A DNA stretch of 64,000 nucleotides, from positions 460,598,001 to 460,662,000 of the forward strand of contig NC_091469.1 in NCBI RefSeq assembly GCF_036971445.1, written 5' to 3'. The notes beneath the pieces are model-generated. The model ran no database searches. It saw only the letters and a list, made by a program, of their open reading frames with translations, and was not told the DNA's origin. The DNA is from Narcine bancroftii (taxonomy: Eukaryota). Both the position numbers and the translations under genes were made by a program. Positions 62,515-64,000 of the stretch are shown here, one piece after another. Positions within the stretch are counted from its first letter, which is position 1, and each line of letters starts with the position of its first letter.

Positions 62515-63335
62515 AGTGAGGCCGGAGAAAATAGCATGAATAGCATTTAAAGATGTTATGGAGAATTTTCTTGGCAACGACAGAGCACCAAACTACATCC
62601 AGCTGATTGGCAAAATGCTTCAGGCATTCAAAATCATTGAGCAGCAGTGGTTAGCGCAACACCTTTATAGTGCCAGCAATTGGGACCAGGGTTCGAATCC
62701 TGTGCTGTCTGTAAGGAGTTTTTAACGCTCTCCCCATGTCACCGTTGGTTTTCCCTGGGGGCTCTGGCTTCCTCCCACCCTTCTAAACAAACTGGGGGTG
62801 TAGGTTAATTGGGTGTAAATCGGGCGGCACGGACCCATGGGTCGAAATTGCCTGTTACCATGCGGTATATCCAAATTTAATTTAAAATTTAAGTGCAACT
62901 TGTCATGAAATTTCATGTTCTGCATTTTCACTTGGACTTCTTCCCTGCTGATCTTGGTGCAGTCAGTGACAAACACCGTGAAAAATTCCACCAGGACGTT
63001 GCAACCATGGAAAAGCAGTATCAGGGCAACTGGAATCCATTAATGGTGGCCAATCATTGTTGGATACTGACAAGAGAGGCATCAGATGCTGAGCACAAAG
63101 AAAAATCAGTGTCAAAACACTTTTAGGTCGATTGAACTAACACATTGTGCCAGCATTATTATGCAATTAAACATGCTAAATTCAAGAAATGTTAATTTAA
63201 TGTTTCTCCAGCTTCCAACTTGATACAGAAAATCTGAAATCATTGTTGTGTTCAGCTTGAAGTCGTGCATCATAATTCCTACTTGTTTTTAATAGGGAGC
63301 TTATCTTTTGAAAAAACATTGTGGCCCAGGGTAAT
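62515..63335 (+). mobile_element. DNA transposon transposase C-terminus (probably Chapaev-3), split by a SINE
   Basis: AFKDVMENFLGNDRAPNY...[SINE]...HFHLDFFPADLGAVSDKHREKFHQDVATMEKQYQGNW. Confidence 0.7.
62640..62891 (+). mobile_element. tRNA-derived SINE inserted in the transposase
   Basis: AGTGGTTAGCGC A-box, GGTTCGAATCC B-box, TTTAAATTTA-type tail. Confidence 0.85.
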
Positions 63336-64000
63336 CACTAGTTTATAAATCCATGATATATTCAGGGAGCAGAATCTACAAAATAGGGCCTTTTTTTGAC
63401 ATTGTGAAATTCTCTCACTTTTATCAACCGATATGACTATGAAGGATCGTTCTAAAATAGGGAATGTCCTAAATATACATCTGCAACATAAGAAAATGCA
63501 AGAGCTGAGCCCAACTAACAAGGACTCAACCTAGTGCAGCACAGAGTCAGGTAAGGACGTGTCATCTCTCCACCCCTTTTCTCAATTAATCTCATTGCCA
63601 TATTGCACTTCACCTGCAGCCTGCTGCCCGCTGAAATGCCGCTAAGCTATGGGATGAATGGGAAAGTGATAGACCTACATCCTCCTCCTTTTGAACCAAG
63701 ATCATTCCAGTCTTGGTGACTGATCTTCAACATGCCAACCACATCTGCATGTGGACATGTTTGGCCAAGTTCTCCATTATTGACAACTTAGTTGAGGTAA
63801 GGGTGAGTAGGAATTATATCCACAAATTAAAGGCTCTTCACCATCCTGCCCTTGCCATGCCACACTGTCTCCCACAATAGAAGAAGTCTACACTGAGATG
63901 CTGGAAAATGTACACCCCCTCTGCATTTCCCTGGAACCTTTGCTCAGTAAAAGTAGACCACACTGAGGAATTACACTATCACTTTCAGTGCAGTAGCTGT

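Noticed and set aside
62640-62710. tRNA genes at SINE heads (also ~36090 and others)
   Set aside because: A/B boxes run straight into SINE core sequence; no complete cloverleaf.

Overview
This is eukaryotic, repeat-dominated intronic or intergenic DNA. It is most likely from a shark or ray, inferred from the mix of HE1/V-SINE-type SINEs, CR1 LINEs with esterase-type ORF1, Rex-Babar, Penelope, L1 and Gypsy elements. I found no host protein-coding exon, structural RNA gene or CRISPR array that I can support. Every ORF I could recognise comes from a transposon, and there is a 158-bp N gap at 39808-39965. The most notable structures are: (1) two Gypsy elements with no tRNA primer-binding site, carrying instead a 12-14 nt reverse complement of their own LTR poly(A)-signal region (candidate self-priming or poly(A)-occlusion hairpin); (2) a young RTE LINE with a twin-priming-like 5' inversion and a perfect 14-bp TSD; (3) an L1 with both ends and a TSD but almost no ORF2; (4) a 16-unit minisatellite that arose inside a CR1 RT; (5) a ~600-bp inverted duplication 10 kb apart; (6) a 65-bp templated insertion inside a SINE; (7) Penelope-type hammerhead ribozyme cores. 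Family names come from recalled motifs, not database searches. Boundaries without TSDs are approximate.
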